A stretch of 64,000 bases of DNA from Octopus vulgaris (lineage: Eukaryota). The notes beneath the pieces were generated by a model. The model made no database searches and was not told the origin of the DNA. It worked only from the letters and a program-made list of their open reading frames with translations. This document shows, one piece after another, positions 28,620 to 43,806 of this stretch; the first letter of the stretch is position 1; the number at the start of each line of letters is the position of its first letter. The position numbers were made by a program, and so were the translations under genes. Location of the stretch: contig OX597819.1 of assembly GCA_951406725.2 (NCBI GenBank), positions 25,358,001 to 25,422,000 of the forward strand, written 5' to 3'.

Positions 28620-29005
28620 CGTGGAGGCGCAATGTCCCAGTGGTTAGGGCAACGGACTCGCGGTCGTAAGATCGCGGTTCCGATTCCCAGACCGGGCGTT
28701 GTGAGTGTTTATTGAGCGAAAACACCTAAAGCTCCACGAGGCTCCTGCAGGAATGGTGATGATCCCTGCTGTACTCTTTCACCACAACTTTCTCTTACTC
28801 TTACTTCCTGTTTCTGTTGTACCTGTATTTCAAAGGGCCGGCCTTGTCACTCTCTGTGTCACGCTGAATATCCCCGAGAACTACGTTAAGGGTACATGTG
28901 TCTGTGGAGTGCTCAACCACTTACACGTTAATTTCACGAGCAGGCTGTTCCGTTGATCGGATCAACCGGAACCCTCGTCGTCGTAACCGACGGAGTGCTT
29001 CCACG
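28620..29005 (+). mobile_element. SINE family B with 9-bp TSD
   Basis: TSD ATACAGGGT at 28611-28619 and 29006-29014. Confidence 0.95.
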
Positions 29006-29209
29006 ATACAGGGTATTCCTACATTGTTTCTCGTTCGTAATTAATGTTTGTATATACATTTCTGCCTCTATTTGTCTCAACAAAATTATTTACTTTCATA
29101 TTTTGTCTCATTGTTTTCTTGTTAAACACTTAGCTTTACAACGTCGGAACCAATAATATACACCTAGAATAGTATTTTCTCATTTGCTCATAAGTACCAG
29201 AGTTAAATA

Positions 29210-30139
29210 TTGTCCCCACGTGGTGGATTGTAATGTATATAAGAAAAATACAAATGGAAAATACGCACACTTACATGGTTATAGTATAATTCTTAATGTA
29301 TCGACCGGTTTCGCAATCGCTATTCATGATACAATGTATAATTTATATGAAAATATATTTTTTCTTAAGAAGAAAATGGGTCCATGTTGTTTTTAATGAG
29401 ATTTCAAACAGGGACAGAGGTTCACAATTAAAACTAGTTTCACTTGTGCCTCTGAGAACCTAATTTATGTAATAACCTGCTCGGGTTGCAGTCATCAGTA
29501 CATTGGGCAAACGAGTTTGATTTTGAGGAAGAGAAATACTCTGCATAAGGAGCAAATCCGTTTCCCGCAATACAGACAAATCCCTCTTAATGAACACATA
29601 GAAAAATGTGCAGGTAACATCAAACCAAATTTTACAGTCTTCCCTTTCTACCAGTGCAAAGACACAATCTCTCAACTAGAACGCTTAAATAAAGAAACTT
29701 TTTTCATTGAAAAATACAAAACGCGTCTGAATAAGCACGCATAACCAATTTTTATATTTTCACATATTACATCACTGTACATAAATCCCCAACTAAACAA
29801 GGCTCCCTTTTTTTAAACCTGTCTCCTTTCTGTACACATATTTTTCCCCACCCAAAACCTAAACAGTTATCTCCCTTACAGACAACAATAACAATAATAA
29901 TAACCAATTACCTCTCTTTACTTGTCAACTTGTAAAATCTTTCACTCGTGAATCTCATTATAAACAACATGGACCTATTTTCTTCTTAAGAAAAAATATA
30001 TTTTCATATAAATTAAACATTGTATGATGAATAGCGATTGCGAAACCGGTCGATACATTAAAAATTATACTATAACCATGTAAGTGTGCGTATTTTCCGT
30101 TTGTATTTTTCTTATATACAATCCACCACGTGGGGACAA
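29210..30139 (+). mobile_element. 5'-truncated Penelope-like element with GIY-YIG endonuclease and inverted pseudo-LTRs
   Basis: ~29402-29744 encodes FTCASENLIYVITCSGCSHQYIGQTSLILRKRNTLHKEQI..RLNKETFFIEKYKTRLN*. 29210-29403 is the reverse complement of ~29951-30139. A minimal hammerhead-like motif TGTATGATGA..GAAACCGGTCGATACA lies at 30021-30057. Confidence 0.92.
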
Positions 30140-30168
30140 CCGAAATTCCTCTTTTCTGTTACTACTAC

Positions 30169-30229
<61 letters not shown>

Positions 30230-30338
30230 TATATACACACACACACATATATACATATCGCCGCAGCCTTCGGGCTGAAACATCTTAAAGGATTTAAGGA
30301 TATATATATATACATATACATATATATATATATATATA

Positions 30339-30425
<87 letters not shown>

Positions 30426-32668
30426 CCTACATTATATCGGCATAAGCTCAGTTCAACCCCCACGAAAATTCTATTGCCAGTTGTTATCATTAGGCTGTAG
30501 TCGGCATAATAAAATAGGAGCTTTTATATTCATATTCGAAAATGTTTCCGTGAACGAATTACATTTTATATATATAAAGATATATACACACATACACTTA
30601 CATATATACGCATACATTTACACAGAATTATTTAAATTGTCTCTAATTTTGGCGACAAGGCCAGCAATTATGAGAGGAGAAGGCTGTTCGATACTATTCT
30701 CCCCAGCACTTGCCTGGTACACTACTTTAGCAAACATTTGGGAATGCCAAAGTTGACATCGGAGGGTTTTGAACTAAGAACTTAAGAGCAAGAATAACTA
30801 CTGCAAACTATTTTTCATTTTTGCAACTATTCGTCCAATTCGATGTCCTGTGACAATTTAAATATTGCTGTTTCATTTAGGTGTAAGGAAGCGGATGTGG
30901 GGTCAGTACCAACGACCCTAGCACTAGAGTTGTTGGGCAATTAAAATAATGCTGTCTTTATTTTAGGATAATTAAAGTAATGAAAAGGATTATTCTTGAC
31001 TGTGTAAACTTAAAAAAAAAACAAAACAATGTTTCTTAAGTGCAGTCCATATGCAAGTTAATGTATGTTAATGGCATTTAATATAATCTAAAGTATAGAA
31101 TTTTTCTAGTATTGGAAATAACAGATTTTGTGGATTCTTGATTTCTGAAGAAAGGTCTCTGTAGAAGATATTAGAAATTGAAATTATATGAAGTCTGGCT
31201 GTTTAGAAAATTAATATGATAACCTCTTCCCCACCAAAAAAGCATCAACATGCCATAGGAATCAAATTATCGAAAGACCGATATCGCTAGACACTCTACG
31301 GAAAATAAACAGAATTCTAAAAATCATATCTGAGAAATCAAGTAAAGAAAGAAAAAAAAAATCTAGCGAATCAAATAAACCACCAACCTATCAACCATCC
31401 ACTCAATCAAAAATTTAGTATCACAAGCAAAAATTTAATAAAAAGTAAATTCGACATGTCATAAAGCTATTAGAAATTTTTTCCCCCAAGTAGAAAACTA
31501 AAATCTGAAACAATTTCACTTTGCATGAAAAATGCATATTTTTTGTCGCTCTCCCAGTATTTTTATTTTGCATTCTCTTAAAGTATTGCCTAGGTGAGAC
31601 ATTTCTATGAAAATATACATGCTGAAAGAACGCTGACGAAATATATCAGAATTTCCCGTATCGTATATACTTGAATCCAATTTGACTTTTCTAGTTCAGT
31701 TACACGGCAAATTAACCCGTAGCTAAAAGTCGCTACTTAAAATCTTACGAAATACCCTACTCGGTAATAGAGTGTTTGAGTAGATCTTAAAAACGGTTAC
31801 GTAGTACATCGACAGAGTATTTTTTATTGGTTTCCAATACGATTAAAGGCATTCCTGCCATTGCAATCATGTCTTTGTTATAGATAGTGTATTCAGGAAA
31901 AGATCATTAAAATAGTCTTCCTTTCTTTTTATGATAGAAAGGCGTGATTTCAAGGAGATTCAACTGTTACGTATAACAGTCAAGCAACTCCAAAGAGGCT
32001 ATCTCATTGATTTCTATTCTTTATGTTCCTATTGTTTAGCTAGATGTCAGCTTTGATTGAAGACATTATAAAAGTTGGTCGTCGTCAGAGACGGAACAAA
32101 TACCTCGAAGAATTCTAGCCGACGTTCCAGCCACTCTACCAAATTATTTCCCGCGAGAAACAGATGTCAAATTTCCACCAAATGATACAGTAATATTTGA
32201 AAAAAAAATACTGTATGAAACAGTATAATATAGTAGTATATAAATAAAATGACCACGATTGAAACATCTTTGGTCACATCAATATTTGCTGAACTGAGTC
32301 AAATAAAATACAGCGAAAACAACATTAACAATACTTTTATATCATAGGGCAGGCGACATATTTGATTATCTTTAACATTTAATAATTTCATTATCACTGA
32401 ATACATTCTTCAGTATTTAAAATTATTTATATATTTCCGGTTTAATTTTCGACGATTCAAGATGAAATCGCGATGATGCCTGTGCATAAATATACAATTT
32501 AAGTGAATTGATTTAATAACGAAGGTTTGAAACACAGGCAAAGTTGTAAAAGCAAAATAAATGAAGAATTTTTCCTTAAATATAATAAATTCTACTTTAC
32601 ATAGCGTATTATGCTAATTAACGATTATTCTTTATATACTGCAACTGATTAGAGCAGTAAGTGATATT

Positions 32669-32935
32669 TAAAAAAAATAAATAAATGCGCCCTTTTTGAA
32701 AGCCTAGCCAGGCTCATGGACCCGGTTTCACGGTTTCTATGGCGTATGCGTTCCCCAACTGGACGGGACGCCAGTCCATCGCAGCGTTACTAATTTTTGC
32801 CAGCTGAGTGAACTGGAGCAATGTGAAATGAAGTGTTTCACTCAACAGCACAACGCGTCACCCAGTCCAGGAATCGAAACCACAATCTTACGATCATGAT
32901 GCTGACACCCTAACCACTAAGCCACGCGCCTCCAC
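32669..32935 (-). mobile_element. tRNA-derived SINE, family D, 11-bp TSD
   Basis: A box TGGCTTAGTGG and B-box-like GGTTTCGATTCC on the minus strand. TSD TAAGTGATATT at 32658-32668 and 32936-32946. Confidence 0.92.
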
Positions 32936-33856
32936 TAAGTGATATTAGGATATCTACAAATGTAGATGAAGCATGCCATGAGTAATGAGTGTTCAGCTCA
33001 TAATCCTATAGTTGTGGGTTCAAATCCTTGACCAGGAGGTGCATTGTGTCATAAGGCACTTCCTTTCACGTTACTTCAGCTCACTCAACTGAGAAATGTG
33101 TACCAGCCAAGTGCTACTGCAGATCTCTCTTCCACCGGCTGCCACATAGTAGATTTTCCGTCGGGTTTAGGATAATAGGGATAAGAGGGTGTTTGTATCT
33201 GCTCACAACTACACCTAAAAAGAATGAGAAAAGGTACATTTCACGCTATCGAGCCATAGACACTCGAAAGTGGCGCCCGACTGTACTATTAATTATTGGG
33301 GTTTTCCGGCGAAGTTAGCATAAAATCATGGCATCGATATAATAAAAATAATCTCTGTTATATTTCGTGTTATAAAATAAGATAATAAAAATTTATAATA
33401 ATAAAGAAGCAGTCTTTTTCATTATTTTCAACGCATTTCTCAATTAAAACTTTATGTATTAAAATTTTCCTTTACACAACTAATTATATTTTTTGTTGCA
33501 AGAAAATAAGTTAATATAAAGAGATATTAGACAAGTAAAAAACTAGAATTTTCATAAAATAATTAGGTAGTAAAGAAAACGAAGGTATACTTTGTTAGCA
33601 AGAAGGTAAGTCACATGCAATTTTGAAGCAAAACTTCGATAAACAAAGGATTAATTATTTCTTGAGTAATCAGTTCCAACAACAACAAAAGCAAACAGCA
33701 AAAATTTATAGGCTGCTTTTCATTGTACACAGCGTGATTAAAAATGAAAATTTTGGGAAAAATGAAAATAATTACTTTTATATTTTATCATGTTGAAAAC
33801 TATCTCTTTATTTTCTGTTTTATGCTCTCTTTCTTTCTTTCTCTCTCTCACACACA

Positions 33857-34176
<320 letters not shown>

Positions 34177-35356
34177 CAAAAGTAGGTATGTAATAAGTAT
34201 CACATCAATTTTATAATAATTCATTAACATTTTTAACACATAAAATCAGCCTCATTTTTGATATTTCCAGTGTCATAATTATAATGATACTTTTATCGTA
34301 ACTCTTAATCTTTTTGATGAAATTAAATGAGTATTGTACGTGTTTTCATTTTTCATATTTGAATACCTACTTTTGCACCACTCTGTATAATATAATCACA
34401 CACACATATGAAGAGTGTGTATTATTTGCACATTCTTTTTCTTGGTGCTTGATATATAGGTTACCTGAAACTGTGTACGTCAGTAATGAATTTTCGGAAA
34501 CCCGTATTACAATATATTTTTTTCAACAAAAACAAACCTGCATAAGCTCATTACATTTCTTAATCATTAAAGTATTTCAATCAGGATTTCTGACTTCTTT
34601 TGGAAGATCTTTTCACCTAAATTTTCTTCTTTCCACTTTAACCGTTTCCTTTTGTTGTTTTTTTTATTGTTGTTACTTTGTTATTCCTTAGTCAAACCTA
34701 AACGAGAAGATTAAAGTTTCCTTATTCATGGTTTTTTTTTAGGAGTATCTAAAAATACATAATTCAATGTATTCTTCCTTTCCTAAACCTCTGAAATATA
34801 GGCTCTTTTGACACAATATAAATGAAACTATGAAAGAAGGTATTGTTACCTAGTTAGGAATTAGCGTCACATATGTGCGGTTCTTAGTTCTATCTCACTG
34901 CGCATTATGGAAAAGGTCTGTCTTTACTATAATCTAAGTTAAGTGGAAACTGCGCAGACGTCGTTCATATATCATTGTAATAATGGAAGAAGCTCCACAT
35001 GTTATAAGCGTGAAGAAACAGTACTCGACGGCTATGGTTGAAATAAGTTTGACAAGTGTATTCATTTTTTAAAAATTCACCTCCTAAATTTTATTTTATT
35101 TTTCAAGCGCATGTTAAAACACAGCTTTACCAACGAGAGCAGACATATTTTTGAGAGTACTTTTATTCATAATTTTGCTTTTTACTTTTTTTTATAGCCA
35201 TTTTGAAAGGATGTGTCCACATATTTTTAACTAGTCGTTAGATAGCTCATAATCTTAAAAGAATTCGAGCTTATGCACCGCCCGCCACAATACTGATCAA
35301 AAGAATTCTGAATGAGATCCTACAAATGCGCCCCATTTCTTTTACTTCAGAACACT

Positions 35357-35403
<47 letters not shown>

Positions 35404-35416
35404 TGTATAAGGGATA

Positions 35417-36676
35417 CAGAGTCTTGCAGATAAATTGAGACCAATTTTAAGCAGTTGACTTTGTGAGTTTAACATTTCATTTTTTGACAAAACTTTGCTT
35501 GCTTGAAAATCTAATTCTCCTCTCTATTTTTCGGATAAATAGCGAACTGATTCAACAATGGTAACTCATGGGACAAGAATTGTCCCATCATTGTTGTTTT
35601 GGTGCGCGCCGGGCAAACTGCCGATAAAATTGTTAAGTTAACGAAACTTCCAAAGCAACAGTTTATCGTGTAGAGGGAAAGATTGATCGAAAAGAACAGA
35701 AGACTTGAAGTGATTCCAAGCGCAATCAAAAGTTCATCGCTGGTCTCAAACGCTCGATTGAAGCCAACCCATCCAGATTTATGACAACCCATGCAAAGAA
35801 ACGCAATTTGTCCCTTTCCACAGTCTCCAGAGCTGTAAACAGGAACCTTGGTGTAACTAGCTATGTTCGACGACGCCATCGCCACTTTACAGTCAAGGCC
35901 AAAGCATTCAGAACCAAGAAATGCCCAAAGTTTCTGTCATTCATCAAGCATCAACGTACAGGAAAAACTCTCATGTTTGTGGACAAGAAGTTCACTGTGG
36001 ACGCTGGGATGAATTTCAGAAATTCTGGAGTGATTGCTTACAACCCTTCTAACGTCCACCCTGTGTTTTAGACTAAGAATCCTGACTCTGTGATGATATT
36101 TGGACCCTGGCGAGTGATAGAAAGGTCATAGATCCATACTTCATTGAGTCTGGCTTGAAGACCGGCATAAAGACATATCCGGACATCCTGAAGAACTCTG
36201 TTACTTTGTATGGATCAGAAGTTTGAACTTGACAATGTAGTGCTTATCCAAGATTCTGCACCATGTCATGTCATGTGTCAAAAGCAACACAGACCTTCCT
36301 TGGTGGGAAGGTGCCATTTTCTGTGAGGGTCAACATCTGGCCCAGTTATAACCCAGATCTCAACCTTCTTGATTACTTTTTATGTGGCGTACTTCAAGCA
36401 AGGACCAATGCTTCACACTCGAGTGTCAACAGATTGAAGACTTGCATTGTGCATGCGACTCGCAAAATAAAAAATGCAAAGGTTGCGGCATCTGGAGAAA
36501 AAATTTAGTTCTCATGTGGAAGCAGTAATTGCCCAAAAGGGCTGTCATTTTGAGTGATAGATGTTTTTGTGTAATACATGCTACATTGAAATTATTTCTA
36601 TCCACTATCACTATTTTAGAATTTATAGTCAGTTTTATGCATCGTAAAAATTGTCTCAGTTTATCTACATACCCTG
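35417..36676 (+). mobile_element. Near-complete but pseudogenised Tc1/mariner-superfamily (maT/DD37D-like) transposon
   Basis: TA flanks and imperfect TIRs CAGAGTCTTGCAGATAAATTGAGACCAATTTT and AAAATTGTCTCAGTTTATCTACATACCCTG. Motifs MFVDKKFTVD, IQDSAP, IWPSYNPDLNLLDY; several stops and frameshifts. Confidence 0.9.
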
Positions 36677-36680
36677 TATA

Positions 36681-36724
<44 letters not shown>

Positions 36725-36949
36725 GTTTTGTTCCAGTCCATCGGAAGATACCTTTGCCTTTTATTTTTTCGGGGTCGTTAAAAAGCAGCCAATCCAAGAC
36801 AGTGGTGTATATGATAATAGTCAGAATGTCATCGAAAGAATTGACAAATTAGAAACTCAATATTCTACCTTTCCAAGCAAAATGAGAATTTAGCAAATTA
36901 TGCCGTTATATAAAAGTTCTCTATGACATTGACAATATATATAAGAAAA

Positions 36950-37800
36950 TGTCTTTTTATTGTAACAGTAAATAAATTCATTGAGATGGATAAATTACTA
37001 CTGACAGTCATTTAGGCTTCAAAACGAAGTGATCAGCGCTGTTGGATCTAATTGAATTAACTGAAGAAATTAGGAATTGTATTGATAAAACAATATACTA
37101 TCGGAGTATTTATAGATCTAAAACAACTTATAATATTGTCAACCACAATATATTATACGAGAAATTGTAAAGATATATTATCAGAGGGTTTGAACTTAAT
37201 TAAGAATCTATGTAAGAAACATTCAGTAATTTATGAAGATAGTCGAGCATGCCGGCATGCATAAATATTGCTTGTGGAGTTCCTTAGAGGTCAATGTTAA
37301 GACTTACATGGTTAAGTTTATGCATAAATTGCTCTGAAATTTGCTTTATTTACAGATAACACCAATATTTTTTAGTTCTGAGGAGAATTTACAGTAACTT
37401 GCAGCTGTGATCAAGCAGAAATGAAAAAAAATAAAACAGGGGCTTGACAATGAACAAATAATGGCGTTGTTAAAGCAAAGAAAAAAATGTTGTTTGGAAA
37501 TAGTATAATAAACACTCAAGTACAGGTTGTGTCAAACAGCTTCAATAGTAAGGATACATTAATATAAATATCTTGGTGTGGTATGAGACTAAAATATTTC
37601 TTGGAAACCTCATATCAATATGTACATGGAAAGATGGCAATTAGCATTGCAATACTGAATAAGAAGAGGCAAGTTCAGGGTCCAAAGCGGTCACCATGTC
37701 TGCATTGTCCAATCGTAATGGCGTATCTAGTTTACAATAGGATAGTTTACAATATTGGATATCAGGAACATTGAACATACTCGCGATGCTTTTAAAGTTT
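36950..37800 (+). mobile_element. Degraded CR1/L2-like reverse transcriptase fragment
   Basis: ELTEEI..KQYTIGVFIDLK..VNHNIL, IACGVP*RSML (cf. GVPQGS) and FTDNTNIF (cf. FADDT). Confidence 0.75.
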
Positions 37801-38136
37801 CGACCTAGAAGTCAACCAATTTTGATGAATTTAACACAGCGCAAATAATGTTTAAAACAAGCAAAATCAAATATCTGTAGTAATTTACTATCGAGTGACA
37901 TGCATAAAGTTCTCTTATATAGAGAAGGACGGATAATAATTTCAGAGAAAACGTAAATGGAAAGAAAATAAGCTTATGTACTAATGGTTAAGAAGAGTAT
38001 ATGTTTTTAAAATCTGTGAGAGGAATTTGAAGAGAGGTATGGGTGCTGAGCTCAAAGCACAAACATTATCTAATTCTGAATATACTGAGAAAAGATTAAT
38101 ATTATAGAGGTGAAAAGTTATTTTAATGCATATATA

Positions 38137-38355
38137 CGAGGGGGTGCTCAAAAGTTCCTGGCTTTAAGAGTATCGTGGAAGACCTGGTTGGAGGCCCAGT
38201 CTTCCATGTTCTTTTACAGGGCTTAGTAAAGCTGAAGGACCGCTGCAATAAGTGTGTGATTCAGAGAGGGGGAATATGTTTAATATAACCATAATTAACC
38301 GATTCTTCTGTACTTTCTCTTAACCCAAAGTCAAGGACTTTTCAGCATCACCTCG
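38137..38355 (+). mobile_element. Mariner-derived MITE
   Basis: TA flanks; TIRs CGAGGGGGTGCTCAAAAGTTCCTGGCTTT and AAAGTCAAGGACTTTTCAGCATCACCTCG. Confidence 0.88.
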
Positions 38356-39644
38356 TATAAGGACCATCAGTTCATCAGTACATGTGCAGCCCCGGGCAAA
38401 GTGCTTTTTGTTTTTGCGGAAGACTGGTAGTTGCCCATGCATGCAAATATACTTTTCTCCCCACGAAATCGATACGTAACCAAGAGATAGTGGGACTATC
38501 TGGGCCGATACAGCCGTGTTATCGCAAATTAAACGTTGGCCGTCAGAACGCAAAGAGTCAGGGTAAGTAAGTACTCCAAGGTATTTTGTCTAACTCCCTC
38601 AAAGTTCCGCTGATGTACTACTTAGGAATGGTTCTCTTCTATCGACCCCGAAGGAATGTATGACAAATTTGATCTTCCAGGGATTTGGACTCAGAGAATA
38701 GAGATTAGAAACACATGTTGCAATGTAATATTCTGTCTAACTTTCTAACAATTCGCGTCCTTTGACACTGAACGTCGATTGGAGTAGTAAGATAATTGTA
38801 TGCAAATTACATCGAGTCGTACGTAGCATCGGGGAAGCTGTTTATAAAATGTATATTGAAGTTGATACATGAGTAATTGAGAAGTATAGAATAAAGTTTA
38901 TACTCCTTGATTCACTCCTTGATGTAATATTTAATTCTATGACGTGTATAAAAGATTATTGGGTTTGCTCTATAGGATTATTGTTTATTTCCTTATTATT
39001 TATTTTTGCTTGATTAATTTTTAATTTTTACTTGTTCGGAACGAAATATCTAAAGTTCAATTAAATCAAAAATTTTTTTGGGATATCGTATTTTCATTGT
39101 CCAGAACGTTTTTTATCGAAGAATATTTTCTGGAACAATTTGCAATAATCATTAGAGAAAACATTAATTACCACTGATTGGACTTCCACATTGAAAACAT
39201 TGATGAATTCAGTAAAAAGTTGCTCTAGGCAACGAGTTATTTCATGAAGGTCGCACGGTATGCTAGAAGTAACTCCGCAAATATTCTTGAAATTACATTC
39301 CACCGACTTAGGTAAAAAGAACACATTGGATTAACTACAGACCTAGGTGAACTAGGTGAAATGAACATAAGAGAAGGATGCTTCAAATGTTTTGATCATA
39401 CAACATCAAGAACAAAAGCAATAACGCTACCAATAATAACAACAGCAACAGCAGTAATAACAACATAACATTTCAACACAAATTTTAAAGATGATAGCTG
39501 GGTGCTTATTATCTGGAAGCTACTTTTCTCTATCTTATCACCAGCACAGTGGTCATATTGAAGTATAGTGTTAATCTGCCATTGCAAGCCTGTTTGTAGG
39601 TCGAACCATCGAAGAAATTCTTTTACGACTTTTTAGAAGTTGTA

Positions 39645-39905
39645 ATAAATAATAAATGCGTCCTTTTAAAGCCTAAGCCAGACTCATGGGCCCAGTTTCC
39701 CGGTTTCTATGGCATATGTGTTCTCCAGCTGGACGGGACGCCAGTCCATCGCAGCGTTACTCATTTTTGCCAACTGAGTGGACTGGAGCAACGTAAAATG
39801 AAGTGTTTTGCTTAAGAACACAACGCGTCGCCCGGTCCAGGAATTGAAACCACAATCTTATGATCATGATGCTGACACCCTAACCACTAAACCACGCGCC
39901 TCCAC
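39645..39905 (-). mobile_element. SINE family D
   Basis: Near-identical to 32669-32935, with an imperfect TSD TTTTAGAA(G/A)TTGTA. Confidence 0.92.
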
Positions 39906-40299
39906 TTTTAGAAATTGTAGTCAAACTTAAATCTTCCTATCATCTTAAAGGAGGACATATAATGGGATATTGTGTTAGGAATGTCGTTTACGATAGTTAA
40001 GCTTCATATTGGCTGGACTGGCAAAAACAACAACAAAACATGAACAACGTCAATAATTACTAGGCTTCTATAATTGATGAATATATCATTAGGTTGCAAG
40101 AATGACCTTAATCCCTCGTTCTATCATAATAACACTTCGTTGATTGATTGACTTATTGGTGCTAAGTATACTACAAGGGTTGGAATAAGAAGGGAAATTC
40201 AATTAAATCAATGTTGTATTGATGCTTGATAACATACAAAATATAATGGAACTCGTGAATTTCATAGAATAGAGGTATAGCTAGGTATCAACGCTGTAT

Positions 40300-40502
40300 G
40301 GTGTGGGTGTTGAAAAGTATCTGGCTTAGGGTAAAAGAAAATACATTATGATTTTCTTCAACATATTCTCTTCTCAGATTCACACACTTATTGCAGCGGC
40401 CTTTCAGTTTTTCTAAGCCCTGTAAAAGAACTTGGAAGTTTGGGCCTCCAACCAGGCTTTTCGCGACACCCTTAAAACCAGGAACTTTTTAGCACCTCCT
40501 CG
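40300..40502 (-). mobile_element. Mariner-derived MITE, second copy (inverted)
   Basis: Reverse-complement homology to 38137-38355. Confidence 0.85.
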
Positions 40503-40845
40503 TAAAGCTTCAGACCAGTGAAGAAATCTCAGCAAAAACGATGGGCTGAATATAATAAGCACCCTTCAACTCATACGCTTTTATTTTAAAAATGAAGGCT
40601 TGTCAATATATCATATGTTAAGAAATTGAGATGGTCACGGCTTGGATCGTAACAGATGACCAAGGGCTAAGTAATAACAACAATATGAAAACAATGACAT
40701 CTATAGCATCTGTTTTAATCCTAATCAATCTCTGTTCCTTCACCTCTCATTAAGAATAAGATTAAGCACACGTATGTATGCATGTCGATAGATACACACG
40801 CATATACATGTATATATACATCCACGTGCACACACACATATATAT

Positions 40846-41077
40846 ATTTCTTTACTACCCACAAGGGGCTAAACACAGAGGAGACAAACAAGGACAGACA
40901 AACGGATTAAGTCGACTACATCGACTCCAGTGCGTAACTGGTACTTAAGTTATCGACCCCGGAAGGATGAAAGGCAAAGTTGACCTCGGCGGAATTTGAA
41001 CTCGGAACGTAACGGCAGACGAAATACGGCAACGCATTTCACCCGGCGTGCTAACGTTTCTGCCAGCTCGCCGCCTT
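40846..41077 (-). mobile_element. SINE family C, full length with Tx1-type tail
   Basis: Head AAGGCGGCGAGCTGGCAGAA and tail AGCCCCTTGTGGGTAGTAAAGAAA on the minus strand. Confidence 0.92.
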
Positions 41078-41236
41078 CTGCCATATATATGTTTACTTGT
41101 GCATAGACATAAAACCATGTATATATTTAAACTCAGACATGTTTGTGCCTATGTGGATCAACGCATGCATTCGTAAGCTTGTACGAGGTATATGCACAAA
41201 TGTATATGATGTATTTATGCATACACACGCATGCAC

Positions 41237-41661
<425 letters not shown>

Positions 41662-41933
41662 TAAATACATTCTCATTCAGACACATATTCTATCTACGGG
41701 TTTACTTCAAAGATTACGAATATCAGTTGCACAATGAGATGGCCTACATCAAATAATGAAACAACCAGCCGGATTATTTAATTATCAAGTCTTTAATACC
41801 ATCAAAACAATTATATTGCAAACAGCTCATCATTGAGAACAGTCCGTTGGCTTGCTCTCTGTATATTCAAGTGTATACACATAGACTGTATATTTAATTA
41901 CATACATACACATATATTTATATATGACTATTT

Positions 41934-41967
<34 letters not shown>

Positions 41968-41973
41968 CATATA

Positions 41974-42398
41974 TACTCTTTTACTTGTTTCAGTCATTTT
42001 GACTGCGGCCATGCTGGAGCACCGCCTTTAGTCGAGCAAATCGACACCGGGACTTATTCTTTGTAAGCCCAGTACTTATTCTATCGGTCCCTTTTGCCGA
42101 ACCGCTAAGTGACGGGGACGTAAACACACCAGCATCGGTTGTCAAGCAATGCCAGGGGGACAAACACAGCAGACACACAAACACACACATACATATATAT
42201 ATATACATACATATATACTACAGGCTTCTTTCAGTTTCCGTCTACCAAATCCACTCACAAGGCATTGGTTGGCCCGGGGCTATAGCAGAAGACACTTGCC
42301 CAAGATGCCACGCAGTGGGACTGAACCCGGGACCATGTGGTTGGTTAGCAAGCTACTTACCACGCAGCCACTCCTACGCCTATAGCCACTCCTACGCC
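41974..42398 (-). mobile_element. SINE family A, full length
   Basis: Reverse-complement homology to 62379-62800; 18-bp duplication at its 5' end. Confidence 0.93.
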
Positions 42399-43806
42399 TA
42401 TATATATATAATATTTACATATTGCACAATATATATATATAGGCATATATACGCACGTATACGTATATGAATATATTTAAAATGTATGTATATACATATG
42501 TGTATATATACATATATATATATGTGCTTGTATATACATACACATACATATAATTGTAAATCTTGTAACTATAATCATCTCTCTTTCTCATATATATACA
42601 CCCAAATGAATGTGTGTGTCCTTTTGAATATGTGCCTGTGTTAATATGTGGCGTGTTGTTTCTGTGTATTAGCGTGTTTATATTTTCCTCCAAAGACAGA
42701 TTCCGTCAGTTAAAAAAAAAACGCGTAGTTAATTTCTGGATGGAACTAGCTAAGATATATCAATTACAATATTGCTTACTTTATAACAGAAATCCCTCCC
42801 TCCCTCCCTCCTGAAGCAAAAAGCTGCGACGTAGATTCGGTGGTGGTAGTCGTGGTGATGGGTGTCGTTGCTCAAGAGATCTCTGCATATTCATAAATCC
42901 ACCATCCTGCATCCATTTAATATAATTATCTAGAGTGTACGTGTGATTGAAAGAGAATGGCTGTAGCTCATTGTCATCTTTCAGATAAATTAGTTTTACA
43001 CTTCAGCCGATCCCATAATAGATATTAACCCATTTAAAACACCAGATGATTTCATCACAATGTTCCAGCACATTTCGTTGATATCCTAGAGAATCCATTT
43101 TCATTTACAAATAAAACATACACATACATAGAGCCAACCAACCAAACAAATAGATATCAATTAGAAGTGTCGCTGTTCCGCGCTCTATGGTGTCGCATGC
43201 GAGAGTCACACAGTCAACCAATTCATTATGTGTTGTATATCAACTAGCAAAACGTTTGGTGACGCGTTTCCTGTGATCGATGCTAAACTGGCTCCGTGAC
43301 AAAGTTGATTAATACTCGGACGGCTCAGACCAATTAGCTGTAAGAGAACAAGGTTGATTGGTTATAGACTGTTTAAGCAACCAGAAGTTCTGTATAATTG
43401 ATGGCTATCTTTAGGTTGCAGTGCTGATTTCAAGTCGAACAGTGGATGTAGCTTGAAGAACAATGAATTCTACCAGGTTTTCTTACTACAAAACCAAGGA
43501 TTTGATAGAAAACCAAGTAAGAGACTCAGTTGAGATAACTGGGTGTAAAATTGACTTAGATTCATGAAAAAAACCAGTGTGTATATAAAAATTAAATTTT
43601 CTTTACTGCAAAATACCTTTTCATGCAAACTGTTCTGTCGTTGAAAATCTACCAGCTCTTCATGCATGAAGTGCGAGTCAGTATGTTGTGCTAAGGGCTT
43701 ACAGGAGCAACCAAGCTGAACTATTTTAAATCAACAATATTTAATGTTTGCCTGATGCATATTTTGTCAAACATAAAACCTAATAAAATTCTTTGTAATC
43801 TATACT

